Source: Octopus sinensis
Lineage: Eukaryota
DNA length: 64,000 bases
NCBI RefSeq assembly: GCF_006345805.1
Contig: NC_043017.1
Location: forward strand, 7,812,001-7,876,000
Reading direction: 5' to 3'
The notes under the pieces were generated by a model. That model made no database searches and had not been told where the DNA came from. It saw only the letters and a list, made by a program, of their open reading frames with translations. Numbering within the stretch: position 1 is the stretch's first letter; the number at the start of each line of letters is the position of its first letter. Shown here piece after piece: positions 26,302-39,570 of the stretch. A program made the position numbers and the translations under genes.

Positions 26302-27423
26302 TGTATATGTATGTATATGGATATGTATGTATATATATGTATATATATATATTTATGTGGATATATATGTAGATATACATATATATATATACACACACTC
26401 ATCATCCTGGTAATCCCTATCAGTTTTACAATATTGATTTGATTATATTGATAAGAAAACTTATTTAAAACTTCTATTATCATTATAAAACTTGAACAAA
26501 TCATTTCTCCAGTTTCTTGCACCCTGTCTCCATCCCCACTGCCACCTCTTTCCTTCCATTTATTTCCTGTAGATTTCCAGATTTTCACCTCTCTGATTCC
26601 AATTGTTTCTGGATCTTTCTCAAGTGATTTGAGTCGATCTTGGTGTGTGTGTGTGTGTATGTTTGTGTTTAGAGAAGATAGAGTAATTAAAGGATAATAG
26701 TTAGATAATATTTGTGGATAGAGTTAATGACAAAGTATTAGAAGGAAAGAAAAATATTTTGTGTTTAATTAAGGATAAGTTAGAAAAACAGGATTGGATA
26801 GGTGGTTCTTCTTCTCACCTGCCTGAGTCATTTGTGTATGCAACAACAACAACAACAACAACAACGACAATAATAAGAATAACAGTAAATATCAACCAAT
26901 CAAATGACATATGAAAAGGAAAGAATGAGGTGGTGATGTTATTAGTGATGATGATGAAATAACAATAATGATGGTAATGATGATGAGTAATAATTAAAGG
27001 GATGATGATGATGATGATGATGACAATGATAATGCTTGTAATGGTGATGACAGTAATCATAAGGGTGATGACGATCATCCTTTTGTAGCAATAATGATGA
27101 TGATGATGATAATGGTGATTAGGAATAAAGATACAGAACTTAATAATGCTGTTTTGAATTTTATATGAAATAGTTTAAAGCAGTTAATGTGTTAGGATGT
27201 TTTAGATATATATTTAACTGTAATTTAGAACACACATATTGTTATATAGGCAAATTATAGTTTGATCTAGACATTTATTATAGAAGCAAGTGGCTGTTGG
27301 ATGCTGGTTGACAGTTGATGGTTGTGAGATGTGACAGCTATCGAAAAGAAAGGCAGACAAAATGAACGCAGTGTTCGTTTGCTTGAAACTCTAATTCTTC
27401 ATTTCAACAATCGGGCAACAAAC

Positions 27424-27436
27424 ATGAAGAAAAGAG
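27424..27436 (+). CDS. Candidate start-codon exon end (MKKR plus 1 nt)
   Basis: aaacATG AAG AAA AGA G|gtaagg within about 300 bp of unique, CpG-containing sequence. No partner exon could be supported. Confidence 0.2.
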
Positions 27437-28064
27437 GTAAGGAACTGTTAGAACAGTGCTGTTTACGGAACAAGAGTCATTCAGCTAGATTGATCATTTA
27501 ATCACAAAGATGACTAGTAAACTGGTACAGTCTTGAGACGTTAATTTAGGTCTTAGCAATCACCGTTATTGTCTGTTTGTTTATTGTAGGAACGATCAAT
27601 GAATAACTATGGCAACACATACAGTATTTTACCATTGACACATACAATTTTCTTATATCATGTTTTTGTTATTCTGGCAGTGGTGAGCTGGTGGTGGTGG
27701 CAGTAGTGGTGAGGCTTTGTTTTTGTCTGCAGTACCTTATTTCTTGACAGTACAGAATGTTATGAGAAAACTTTGAAAATAATGGTATATGTGTGGTTAT
27801 CATGACTCAGCCACAATGAAATTGTGTCAGTTTCCATACTCAGTCCCAGCTGAAATTTCTTGCCAAGCAAGTACAACTTTGAAACGCTAACTTCTATTTG
27901 CTTTTCTTCTTTTCTCTCTCTCTTTTTTTTATATATATATAAAAAAAGAGAACATTTACGAAATTACAACAAAAAAATTAACCACAAAATGACTTTTCAT
28001 ATGAAAAATACACAACTAAAATTAATGAGATTACTATGAAATTGTGCTTATTGTTAGTGTAGCT

Positions 28065-28320
28065 TAGGTGTTAGGGTATTCAGCTCACAACCGTAAGGTT
28101 GTGAGATCAATTATCAGTATTGTGTTGTGTCCTTGATCAAGAAACTTTATTTTGCATTGCTCTAGTCCACTCAGCTGGTAAAACTGAATCTACCTGAGAT
28201 GTATGTTAAGGGTACATATGTCTGTGGAGTGCTCAGCTGCTTACATGTTAATTTCATGAGCAGGCTGTTCAGTTGATTGGATCAACTGAAACACTCATCA
28301 TTGTAACCAAAGGAATGCTA
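28065..28320 (+). mobile_element. tRNA-derived SINE of a third family
   Basis: Head gtgtagcttaggtgttagggtattcagctcacaaccgtaaggttgtgagatcaa; body ctgtggagtgctcagc..gttaatttcatgagcaggctgttc is also found at 13720-13925 and 45960-46060. Confidence 0.7.
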
Positions 28321-30119
28321 GTTTGTTTTTGCTTGTTTAACCCCCAAGTCATCTTTGATTCATCAAACTTATCATCAATGGTATCTCAGCCATAATTATC
28401 CCTGTCCTCTATATGACACAGTATCTCTAAAACTGATCTAAGCCTCTGTTGGTTGGTGTCCTCTACTATATCCACAAATTGACCAGTAGCTTGTGGGTGA
28501 AATTAGGCAGATGGAAACTAGAAGCAGTTCATTGTGTGTATGTATTTCTTTTCTCTCCCTCCCTCTCTATGCACATGTGTGTGTGTGTGTGTGTATGTAT
28601 AGAGTGTGGATGTGTACATAATTGAGTATGTTTTCCCTCCTGCATTGACATTTGTGTACTGAGTGTAAACAAACCCTCACTGTTCATACAAACAACACTG
28701 TCCATCTTATAGTTCATTGAAAAGTATGTCTGGGGTTTCTGATGTCTTGATGTGTGGTTGTTAACTGTAAACAGATGTGTCACTGTTCATGCAAATGGTG
28801 TCATTTGTTTGGCATTCTCTGCAAAAGCACATTTAGGCTGTTTGTTATTTGCTAATCTGAGGGAATTATTTACTTGCTTGGAAACAGGTGAGGGTTGACA
28901 TTAGGAAGGACATCCAGTTGTAGAAAATTCTGCTTCTCTGACCCATGCAAGCTTGGGAAAGTAGACATTGAAATGATGAAGAGCAATTCATCTAATATGC
29001 TCCGATTTTTTTTGTTAAGACAATAGGGTGTAAGTTGCGGATTTTTAACTTCCAATTCTAGCAGGTTATATATCTGTGTGGTGGGTTATTTGTTGGAATG
29101 TAATTTAATGTAATTGTTTAACCCTTCCCTTCCATCAATCCAAATCCAGTGGACCTATGACTGAAAGTGTTTCAGTCATGATCATCACATTTTTATTCAA
29201 TCCAGTGTACCCAGGACTACATAATGCAGTGTGTTGCTTTTTTCTATAAAGACAGTAGGATGTAACTTGAGAGAGATTTGGCTTCTATTTCTAGCAACAT
29301 ATGAGTGTGTTGAGCCTCTCTCTTTAAGTAGAAAGGATGGTAGTATCTATCACAACACAGTGCTTTATTAAACTTTGACATGACTTTGTGATGTCTTAGA
29401 TATTTTTTTTGCCATTCCTTAGAATGTATTTGTGATTTGTTAGACCTTTCTCTACAATTTCAGTTTTTGTGCAAACAAAAATGACTACTAAGTCTTGATT
29501 CTATTGATCTGTTTACATTTTTAATTGTTCTAATAGCTAATTTCAGCTGATGATTTTTGTTAGATAGCAGCTAGTATTAGATTAAGGAAAGATTCTAAAG
29601 AAACAGTTTCAAAGAAAAGAAAAAAAACAAAACAAAACATAACAAGACACTTTCAGAATGCCATTACATATAAAGCAAATAAATAAAATATTAAAACAAT
29701 TATATATATATTTTTTTTGTGTAGCCTAAGTTTCTTTAAAAATATATAAAAGAATTTTTTTTAATTATGTAGTAGTATACAATTTTCTGTTACTGGCTTT
29801 TTATATTTATATACCTATGTAGCTTTGATTTTAGTTAGCTTGAGGTGTGTGTGTGTGTATATATATATGTTGTGCATTCACATACACCAAGTCGAGAAAT
29901 TTCAAACACATAACCAAGTCTGGTATAACATCCACAGTGTTAGTACTTCTTTACCTGACAGCTACTTCCAGTCAGACACTCTGGTAAGTAAAGTTATGTT
30001 AAATTTATTGGCTCAAAACATTTGTAGACTCTACTACTACACATTCATATATGTTGGACGTGCTTGTTCACTCAGCTTTTGAATGCTTATATTACCTTCA
30101 TTCTAGCTGATTCCTTCTC

Positions 30120-30760
30120 CATCTCTGAACTACCAAAAGATTATTTTAGGTGATGATGGTTGAGTTCAGGGAGTTCCTATGTAGTGTGTGAGCCTTCACA
30201 TTCAGTAACCAGTGGCTGTGAAACTAGTTAAAAATAGTAGACCTTATGTCTTATAAATCCAAAAATAGAAGGAAACAGGCGAGGGTTTGTGCTGGCAACA
30301 ATTAGTCAATAGGATAGTGAACAAAATATCAATAAGTTCAATAAAAGTCTAACATTTTGGGCTCTTCTTTCAACAGAAAATAGAGGAAGACAAAGGTGCA
30401 AAGGTATAATTGGCTTGGTTGTAGGCCTATATTCAGACCAGCAATGCCTTTGTCTCTGTATGATGTTAGATTTTTCATTTCTTATGACAATTGAATTTTA
30501 AAATATTTTACAAACTCATCATGTCTTGTGCACTGTTGTTTTATTTATCTGGTCAACTCTGTGAAGAAGCTTTGTTTGACCAGAGCCAAGAAGACAAGAC
30601 CAAGATTGTGCAGCTGACCAACAACTACAGTTCAACCTTAGCTCTTCCATCATTTGAAGCAGAATAATTAAGTTGTCATTTAACAGACAAAATTGAACTA
30701 ATTCTTTCTGGATAGCTACAAAACTTCAAGGTTCCTCTTTCATCAATGCCATACTGCTTG
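30120..30760 (-). mobile_element. Decayed LINE (CR1/L2-like) ORF2 3' fragment
   Basis: Minus-strand pieces ILLQM..LNCSCWSAAQSW.., IGLQP.. and (W)NSLNSTII resemble LLILYKAxIRPxLEYCSxxW, LQPLxHRR and WNSLP. Confidence 0.4.
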
Positions 30761-32845
30761 GAAATAAATTAAAAACAGAAGGAAAAAATAGATATATCTT
30801 AAATCTTAATTTATTGATGTACTTTAAGTACTTACTCAAGGGTCAGCCATTTTATCAATCAAGATACACTGTTATCACCCACTTTTGTCTTTATAAAGAT
30901 TTCTAACTATAAATCCTAACTTGCAAAGTCAGCTTGTTCCTTCCTTCTCTCTCTCTCTCTCTCTCTTTGGTCAAACTCTTACTCAATCTCCCAATTTATC
31001 TAAGATAGTGTGTTGGCTTAACGAAGCTTATTACATTGATTTCAAGTAATTTATTCATGATCTTAATTTTATTTTATTGGTATTGTTTTTTTAAAAAAAA
31101 AGCCCATAAATATTCTGTATGATAAGAACTGTGTGTGTTTTTATTTATTATTTTTTTTAAACTCTGCCATAGTTGTTAATTAAAGTAAATGCTGCTATAT
31201 GCAATCTTTTCCTTCATGTCCACAGTTTATTGGGATTTCTCTGTAACTGTTACTCAAATAGTCTCTAGACATCTTGGAGCCTCTCATTCTTCAAAATACT
31301 CATCTTATTTACCGTATTTACAATATTGCAGATTCACTAAATTCTTAAATAGTTTACTGCTGTAGTTTTGTATTGTTTTCCTTTTGAAATTTATTTTATA
31401 CAAATAGTATTTTTGAAGATGGTGTGCCATAGCATGGCCTTGGCAAGGATGGCTGAAACAAGCTACATAACATCTAAATTCTGTGTGTGCGTGCGCATAC
31501 ATCATTATCACCATCATCATTTAACATCCATTTCCCATGCTCGAATGGGTCAGAATGAATTTGTCACCTTCAAGTGTGTGTAACGTTGCTATTCAGTTTT
31601 GTGATTCTACATTGATCAGTGAAGAATCACAGTATTCAGTATTGAATACTTTCCCCTCTTGTTTGCAAAACCACCTGTATGTATTTGTGTGTGTATCTGT
31701 ATACATACACATATATACATACATTATCATGAAAAATTCCTGAAATGGAGCCTTGTTTCTTTGCTAGAAACCAGTTCTTTGTTATAGAAAAAAATTCAAC
31801 TAATTGAAAAGGTAAGCCAACACACACTAATGTATACATATTCACATACCACACACACTCACACACACACACACACACACACACAGTGAGAAAAAAGATG
31901 TAGGTGTATGTCTTAAGTTTCTTCTGTGTATGTGTATATTGGAACATTGAAGTATTTATTTATAAAAAAAATCTTTAGAAATCAAAATTTGGCAGTTTCA
32001 AGAACTTTCTTAGTGTGTGCCACATTAGGCAGGATATAGGATATCTGTCCTGCTTTCCTCTAATCTAGTTGACATCTTCTGTCAGCTAGATTAGTTGACT
32101 GACAATTGTCTATGATGATGTCCTGTGGCTGTTATAATGTGACCTCTTGTTGAGCTTGTTTGACTTTAATGCTTTTAGCATTGTTGCTGATTGTTTTGAA
32201 TGCTGGTCCATTGCCAGTACTGCAACAGAACTTGGCCCTTAGTTATCTACATGAATGGTAAAGTGGGATGAAGATTTGATTTTAGTGACAGCCATTTAAA
32301 TGATTTGCTAGCTTCACCCATCAACACAGGGCCTAATATATGTTAAATGGTAATATGCTTTGGGAGTTTCGTGATCCTGGCTTTTGCTCAGTGCTGTGTG
32401 TGTTGCCTTTCACTGAGATCCTACATCCACTCTGCTGCATCTCATGGCTTTGCTTGTAACTCTAGGCTGGGTTGTTACCAAAAGCTGTACCTTGCAAGAT
32501 TTAAACTAGCATATTGATAACTACCTTTTTCTTCAATTCATTATTACGGTAGGTTCAATTAAGAATGTTATCATTCCTTCATATGCATTTTCCTTGCTAG
32601 TGCACTTCTTTTGCAGGCAGTGCTTTTTACAGATAAAAAAAAAATGTAATTATTCAAGCAAAACTCAAAAATATAAAAGCTAAAAAACTTATTTTTTTAT
32701 TTTTAAAATTTTTAAATCATTGTCAAAAAGCAAATTTTATAGATTGATAAAGTAAATCATATGAAAATGCCAATTATATTTTTGATGTGAGGTACAATGG
32801 TAGAAGTGTATTCATTTGAGGTAAAATGTCATGGATTTGTCTTAC

Positions 32846-33086
32846 CTGGCTAGTATTGGACTTAGAAAGGGCAGCAGAACAGAAATTAGTGAACTGGGGA
32901 GAGAAGCAGAAAATGCTTCATCATGGATATGGCAGGTGTGTATGAGAGATAGACCAATGTTGAGAGCAAAGAACAAACCTTCAGTGAATAGTAAAACAAA
33001 TAGTCTGCGTATGGTTGGAGTAGTTACCGCTGCACCTGGACTGGTGTGATGGATGTAAGAGTAATGGTGGTGGGAGAGGGAGTGTG
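32846..33086 (-). CDS. Internal coding exon of a membrane protein, probably an UNC-93-like MFS transporter (His-rich N-terminal tail plus TM1-TM2)
   Basis: Acceptor t(10)gcctacaatAG|, donor CAG|GTAAGA; 241 nt, phase 1 to phase 2, only one open frame: HSLSHHHYSYIHHTSPGAAVTTPTIRRLFVLLFTEGLFFALNIGLSLIHTCHIHDEAFSASLPSSLISVLLPFLSPILA. Two hydrophobic segments align by eye to UNC-93A TM1 and TM2 (F..xxxxGL..I/L.T/S, then FLPPLL-like FLSPIL). The family call is from memory only. Confidence 0.6.
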
Positions 33087-33291
33087 CTATTGTAGGCAAA
33101 AAAAAAAGCAAGCTCAGACTTGGTTGTACTTGGTACAGCTGGAAGGAGCAATACCTTCACAAAATGCTGAATTCATTGTGATCTTAACTGACAGCTGATC
33201 AAAGGAGTGTCTTGCAGTGCAAGCTATACATAATATGTATAAACTGCAAACATACACATATGCACATTTAAACAATGGTTATATTTTACAG

Positions 33292-33660
33292 GCTTGGCTA
33301 TGTGGTTAGACATTTGTTTCCCGACCACATGGTTCTGGGTTCAGTCCCACTGCAAAACATCTTGGTCTGACCTAAGTTGTGTGAGTGGATTTGGTAGACG
33401 GAAACAAAAAGAAGCATATCGTGTGTGTGTGTGTGTGTGTGTGTGCGTCTTTGTCCTGCATCACTGATTGACAACTGGTGTTGGTGTGTTTATGTCCCCA
33501 TAACTTAGCAGTTTGGCAAAAGAGACAGATAGAATAAGTCCCAGGTTTATTAAATGATAAATACTGGAGTTGATTCGTTGAACTAAAATTCTTCAAGGCA
33601 GTGTCCCAGCATGGTCAGTCTTATGACTGAAACAAGTAATGGATAAAAGGTAAAAAGATA
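33292..33660 (+). mobile_element. tRNA-derived SINE (same family as 18688-19073)
   Basis: ggctatgtggttag..ccgaccacatggttctgggttcagtcccactg..gagtggatttggtagacggaaac..gatagaataagtcccagg. Confidence 0.85.
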
Positions 33661-33992
33661 CACACACGCACATGTGTGCACACACGTGCACGAACACACA
33701 CACACACACACACACACATGAAGTGCCATGGGCAAAACAGAGTATGTATTTTGTTAGACTCAGTTATGTGTTAAATGTATTGACATTCGGACTTCTCACT
33801 TGGAGTTCTTTTTATTCTAAGTAGCTTGAGCATGTACCTATGAATAGGTCACTCCAGGAATGATATATATATCCTTACACATGTAGGATATATATGCATA
33901 CACTTATATATACATTTATACATTATGTAATACACACACACACACAAAGTGTAATTGTGTAATTTCTATCTCTTTCTCTGTATATGTATGTA

Positions 33993-34025
<33 letters not shown>

Positions 34026-34026
<1 letters not shown>

Positions 34027-34158
34027 ATCATCATCATCATCATCGTCGTTTAACGTCCGTTCTCCATGCTAGCATGGGTTGGACGGTTCGACCGGGGTTC
34101 TGGGAAGCCAGAAGGCTGCACCAGGCTCCAGTCTAATTTGGCAATGTTTCTACAGCTG
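34026..34158 (-). mobile_element. Extremely 5'-truncated RTE 3' tail (same family as the 8843-11055 element)
   Basis: Reverse complement of ttggcgttaggaagggcatccagctgtagaaac..ccgtccaacccatgctagcatgga..gacgttaaacg(atg)n; flanked on both sides by (TA)n. Confidence 0.9.
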
Positions 34159-34175
34159 GATGCCCTTCCTAACGC

Positions 34176-34234
<59 letters not shown>

Positions 34235-35397
34235 TATTTACAATTTTAGAAATACACCTTCATTCAGGTAGAAAATTTCTGTTAAAAATCTTCTGAATTG
34301 CTTTGAAGTTGAATAAATTACTTATTTATGACAGAGTATCTTTATTGATTTTTTCATCTTATCTGTTGTTTGGTGAAGTAGCATTTCACAGCCTGAGGCA
34401 AAGGTGTGTATGTGGTATTGTTAATTAGTGTGTGTGAAAGAGTGAACATAATTGTGTTTGTAAGTATATGTATTGTGTGTGTACAGTGTCTACTTGTGTG
34501 ATAGAAGTAATTCATTGTTTAGCTTAATGCCACCACCTGGTGCCTGGGTACCTTTAGTGGAGTCCACTCTTCTTGTAAGTTATGAGGTCAGGTATCTGAT
34601 CTGAGAAAGACTTCCTCTCTCCCTCCCACTAGTCTCACGGTCTCTGGAAAAGAGTCATAAGCTGAGTAAGCTTAAAAAGAAGAAGATTTTTATCTATATA
34701 TGGTGTATTCATTAGTATGTGTGTGTGTGTTTATGTATATCTATAGTATAATCATCATTGTACATCTATTTGGTACAGATCAATCACTGATGTGCGTGTG
34801 TTTGTATTCTTCTTAATGAAGGTGTGCTGTGTGTGCATGTGTGATACTGTTGCGTGTGCGCGTGCTCGCACGTGTCTGTATGTTATTGTAATCTGTATAA
34901 AGCTGAAGGACTTCAGTATTATATTAGCTGCTACTCATGCATTATAGCTTAAACCGTTTTAACTTATTGGCTTAACTAGAGAGAATAAGATTCTCCCTCC
35001 CTCCCTCCGTCTCAATACTCTCTTTCCCCTCTCCCTCTCTGTCTGTTCAAATTGTTTCTGTACTCTCTTACATTGATGTTTGATTGTCAAAAATCATTTT
35101 TTTTTTCTATCTCTCTCTCATTTTCTTCAGTTTAGGAAAATATGAAACAAATCAACAATAACAAGGGAGAAAAAAGCCATTGGGAAATTCAAATTAAATA
35201 ATGAGAATTTAGTATCGTAGAGGTGGGAGAGGAAAAAAAGTAAATAAAGGCAAATGAAATTCAACTGTTAAATTATTTATGTAAATATATTTCAGAAAAT
35301 TTAAATTTCATTCTCCAGCTAAACAAATGCTCCTTTTCTTTGTCTCTTTCTCTCTCACTCTCTCATTAGTAACTTGTCACATGACTTTACTTCAACA

Positions 35398-35434
<37 letters not shown>

Positions 35435-35969
35435 ACCTATACACATGTATGTGTGTGTATACATATATACACGTGTTATATTTATGTAAAGCCTACACAA
35501 TATCTGTAAGCTACACAGTTCTCAGGAGCAACAGCCAGCAGCAGAAATATGTTTTCTTGTCTTTTTGCTTATTCTCTATAATCTCCTTTCATTGTAGAGG
35601 TGTTCAACATAGATTTTCTCTCTGCAGCCAGAGGCAAATTAATAGAGATCACCATAAGTTCTCCAATATGAGAGTTTTCTTCTTTTATTTTTTCTGTCCC
35701 CTTTCTATTTCATTTTTATACTTGTTCTTTTCAGATCTTTAAACTATAACATTGGTATTACTAAGATATATTTATGCATATGTACATACATACATACATA
35801 CATACATACATACATACATACACACACATGTATATACACACATACATACTAATATATATATACACTCAAAATAACATACACATATGTACATACGTACATA
35901 CATCATACATACATACATACAGACATATATACATGCATGCATACATACATACATACATACTCACACACA

Positions 35970-36010
<41 letters not shown>

Positions 36011-36599
36011 TGTATGTATGTCATCATAATTTGAACACCTATTTTTCCATCATCACATAGGTGAAGTGAAATTCATTGGAGGCAGGTTTTTGGCCAAACT
36101 CTCTGTTTCTGACCCTCACTTGTTTCTAAGCAAATGTGAGATTATCCCTAGTCAGGACTTTTTTTTTTTAAATAGGAGATTACAAATAAACAACACTGTA
36201 TGTGTAATAGTGACATATCTTATTGCACCAACCTGATATAATCAACTAAAATCATGGAAGGGTTTTAGTTGATCATGCCAACCACAATTCTTCTTTCACT
36301 CTGCTGCTTATTTTATCAATCTCTATTTGCTACTATACAGTTTTTTACGTAAACCAAAATACAATACATTATTTTGTGTGCTTCACCAAGATTCTTAACT
36401 GACATCAATCTGATCTGTTGACCTAATAGTACCAGTAGAAGCACTGTAATTATTGAGGTTTTTGTCTCTTTTTTTTAATGTTGTAATGAATACAAATCTT
36501 TCAATGTTCTCAACATAAGGAAAATAATAACTGAGTAATCCTCCTATTGGAAACCTGTAACCAACTATCATATGGTTCACTATATCAAATTTAGGAAAA

Positions 36600-36746
36600 G
36601 TGTAGCTGTGGCTGTGTGGGGAGACACTTGCGTCCCAACAACATGGTTCCAGGTTCAGTCCCACTGTGTGGCACCTTGGGCAAGTGTCTTCTACTATAGC
36701 CTTGGGCCTACCAAAACCTTGTGAGTGGATTTGGAAAGAAACCCAT

Positions 36747-36809
<63 letters not shown>

Positions 36810-36965
36810 GTGTGTGTCATTATGACTGTGTTTGTCCTCCAATACTGCTTGACAACTGGTATTGGTGTGTTTACACCCCCATGACATAGCAGTTCAGCAA
36901 GACAGCAAGAGACACCAATAGAATAAGTACCAGGCTGCAGTCTAACAACTGAAACAAGTAAAAGG
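36600..36965 (+). mobile_element. tRNA-derived SINE
   Basis: ggctgtgtgg..acatggttccaggttcagtcccactgtgtggcaccttgggcaagtgtcttctactatagcc..gaataagtaccaggc. Confidence 0.85.
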
Positions 36966-37152
36966 GGAAAATGGTTAAATGTAAATACTTGAAATGCTTA
37001 GTTTAGTTGTAATTGTTTATTATTATTGTGATTAATATCTGGAAGAATGTTTTGGAGATCATATATCAGTAGATGTTGAACTCATCCACAATGCCTTCCA
37101 CTCCCCCTCCTCCCCGTCCATAATGCCTACCTCGTTATCTCTGCAACATCCC

Positions 37153-37205
37153 CTCCATTACATACCTTGTCTAGAATGATAGTCTGGAGAAGGTATGTAA
37201 TGAAG
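37153..37205. ncRNA. Candidate pre-miRNA-like hairpin (more stable on the minus strand)
   Basis: 23-bp stem and 7-nt loop. Minus strand: cttcattacataccttctccaga-ctatcat-tctagacaaggtatgtaatggag, with 2 mismatches and 1 G:U. Lies in unique sequence; matches no miRNA I can recall. Confidence 0.3.
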
Positions 37206-38674
37206 CTCGTCATGAAATGCGCCTCCCCTCCACGGTGACCACCTATCACAACAACCCATCATTCAGGTTAAAAAACATTTCCTCAACATATTTTCATGAT
37301 GGGAATACTCTTCAGAGACCAATCATGGAGGAGAGAGAGGACCCACCTAACATTCAATGAAAGTGGTCGTAATCATTAGGAAGAGAGGAGAGAAAGGAAG
37401 ATGGATGAAGGCAAGAAATTAACTTAAATAATTATGTAATTTTATAATGAACTGAACATAATATATAAATAGTAATCAGATACATGACATAAAAATAAAT
37501 GTTTATGTAAGAAAAAAAATATCAATTAGACACCATTAACCCCCATACCACACACCTATACCATCTACTTAATGATGTCAGTGTTACTTATAATTAATGT
37601 AGATCTAGTTTTAATTGGTTTGTTGTTTTTCTCATTTTGTATGAGACAGTCTTATCAACAAAGCATAAACCATTAAGAAAGACTTCTATATGATCATTCA
37701 TCCTGCTAGAAACAACTCCCATATTTCTTGACTCAGTTGTCGTTGTTGTTTAGCCCTAGGCCAGCTTTCATTCAGCTGTGATTATCCTGTCTTTTTATTT
37801 TTCTTATAAATTCAGAGTTAGTGTATTGTGAACTGCATTATCCAATTTGTGCATTCTTTTTTTAAGCTGATAGGGTGAGATTTGTGTGAGACTTGATCGC
37901 TATTTCTAACAGGTCAAGTACTTCTTTGCTGATGTGTAGTATCACTTGTAGAGTTGCTTTTGTCAGCTCTGATCCAGCAGACCTCTGATCAAGATGCTCT
38001 AGCCATGACCACCTAGTCTTATTGAATCATAACATATCTAGAATAACATTATCCTAAATACCCATGTTTTTTTCTTTTTTTATGATAATAGATTATGGTG
38101 TGAGGTAATTTCAGCTGCTGTTTTTAGCAAGACAAACAACTAGGTGCTGGTACCCTTGTAATTCCCTAACAGCAAGTCATTCTCTGTTGCTAATGAGGTT
38201 AGCTGACACTAAAAGAGAACAAGATTTAATGTTAGTAATAACATCGGCTTAGATTCTGCAGCAATAATTCCAAACTGCAGATATCCACTCACAGATTAAC
38301 AATACTTACTCAAATGTCAGTATTTTATTCAATTCTTCTTTTGTTAGTTTGTTTCTTTTTTCATGTTTATATGTATATAAATACATATACATCGACATCA
38401 TCATCCATGATACACACACACACACAAATATATATATATCATTGTTGGGATTTCTCATCCTATCAACAATTGTTAATATCAATGTTTATTTTTTAATCTT
38501 AAGTTGGTCTGTATAATTACTTTTGGATTTAACCAACTCTCTCTCTCTCACATATCCCTTGTCTTCTAATTTCTTATTCACTCTGTGTGTGTATCGTGTG
38601 TGTGCATGAAGCTATATACACTAATATTATATATGTACACACACACAAACATTATGCATATGTATATCTATAGC

Positions 38675-38717
<43 letters not shown>

Positions 38718-39119
38718 GTAAATATCCACATTTTTATATGCAATTATGCATATACATACACACACACAGAGATATATATGCATACATACAAATACATACA
38801 TACATATATGTATATATAAAGATATTTTTTTTTAAAAAAGGCCATGGTTTGTTTATTGTTCACCAAAATATAGGTTGTAAGCTTTTCTAGACATTCCACT
38901 GAGTATTTTCTTTGATTCAACTCCAGTGAAATATCCAATGTAATTTAAAATATTCTGTTTGCTTACTGGACTGAGCAGATGGAAACTGTCAGTGAGGATG
39001 TCCTACCTGAATTGATGTGTAAAGTGATGTATCCAGATTGCATGGCTCAGCAATTTTAATTCATCAGTATTAGGATTTAGTGAAAATGAATATTATCAGT
39101 AGATGTGGTTTGATTTGCA

Positions 39120-39570
39120 AACACGTGCAGCCAGTTATTAGCTTTGCTCTGAATTATCTCGAGCAAACTAAATCAGTCACCACTAATCAGTTGAAATTGT
39201 ATAAATACGCATACTAATCTGGTTAACCCCACTGTTTCAACCCAGCTCTAGTTGTATGCTGCCAATCAAGAACAGTTATTTACCTGATTAAAGGGCACAA
39301 ACTGCCATGTAGTTAATCTTCACATCTCGGCTATTATTTATATTGATTCAAGACAACTGAGACAAGCGGTGAAGCAGTGTGTTTGCTCTTTCTCTCCCTC
39401 TCTCTCAGTTGCCTTGTATGAAATGAAAACATTTCACCTTTAACAACTGAATGACTTTCTAACTCTTCTTCAGCCTCTCTTCATTTTGTTAACTTAAAAA
39501 AAATGGGCGACGTCTGGCTTCCCTAATTAATGGATTATTTCTAATAATTACATCAGATTGACCAAAACGT
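39120..39570. promoter_or_regulatory. Putative enhancer or promoter region
   Basis: Repeat-free, retains CpGs, dense in TAAT-core motifs (taatca, taatta, tgatta), CCAAT at about 39263, a TGTTTGC forkhead-like site and a GA/CT box. Lies 0.5-1 kb upstream of the 457-aa ORF. Confidence 0.3.

Noticed and set aside
29870-29983. Signal-peptide-like frame (..TSTVLVLLYLTATSSQTL) ending at a GTAAGT donor
   Set aside because: No in-frame Met or convincing acceptor before the upstream stop.
32831-33049. 72-aa plus-strand ORF
   Set aside because: Antisense shadow of the minus-strand exon, which has the splice sites and the membrane-protein pattern.
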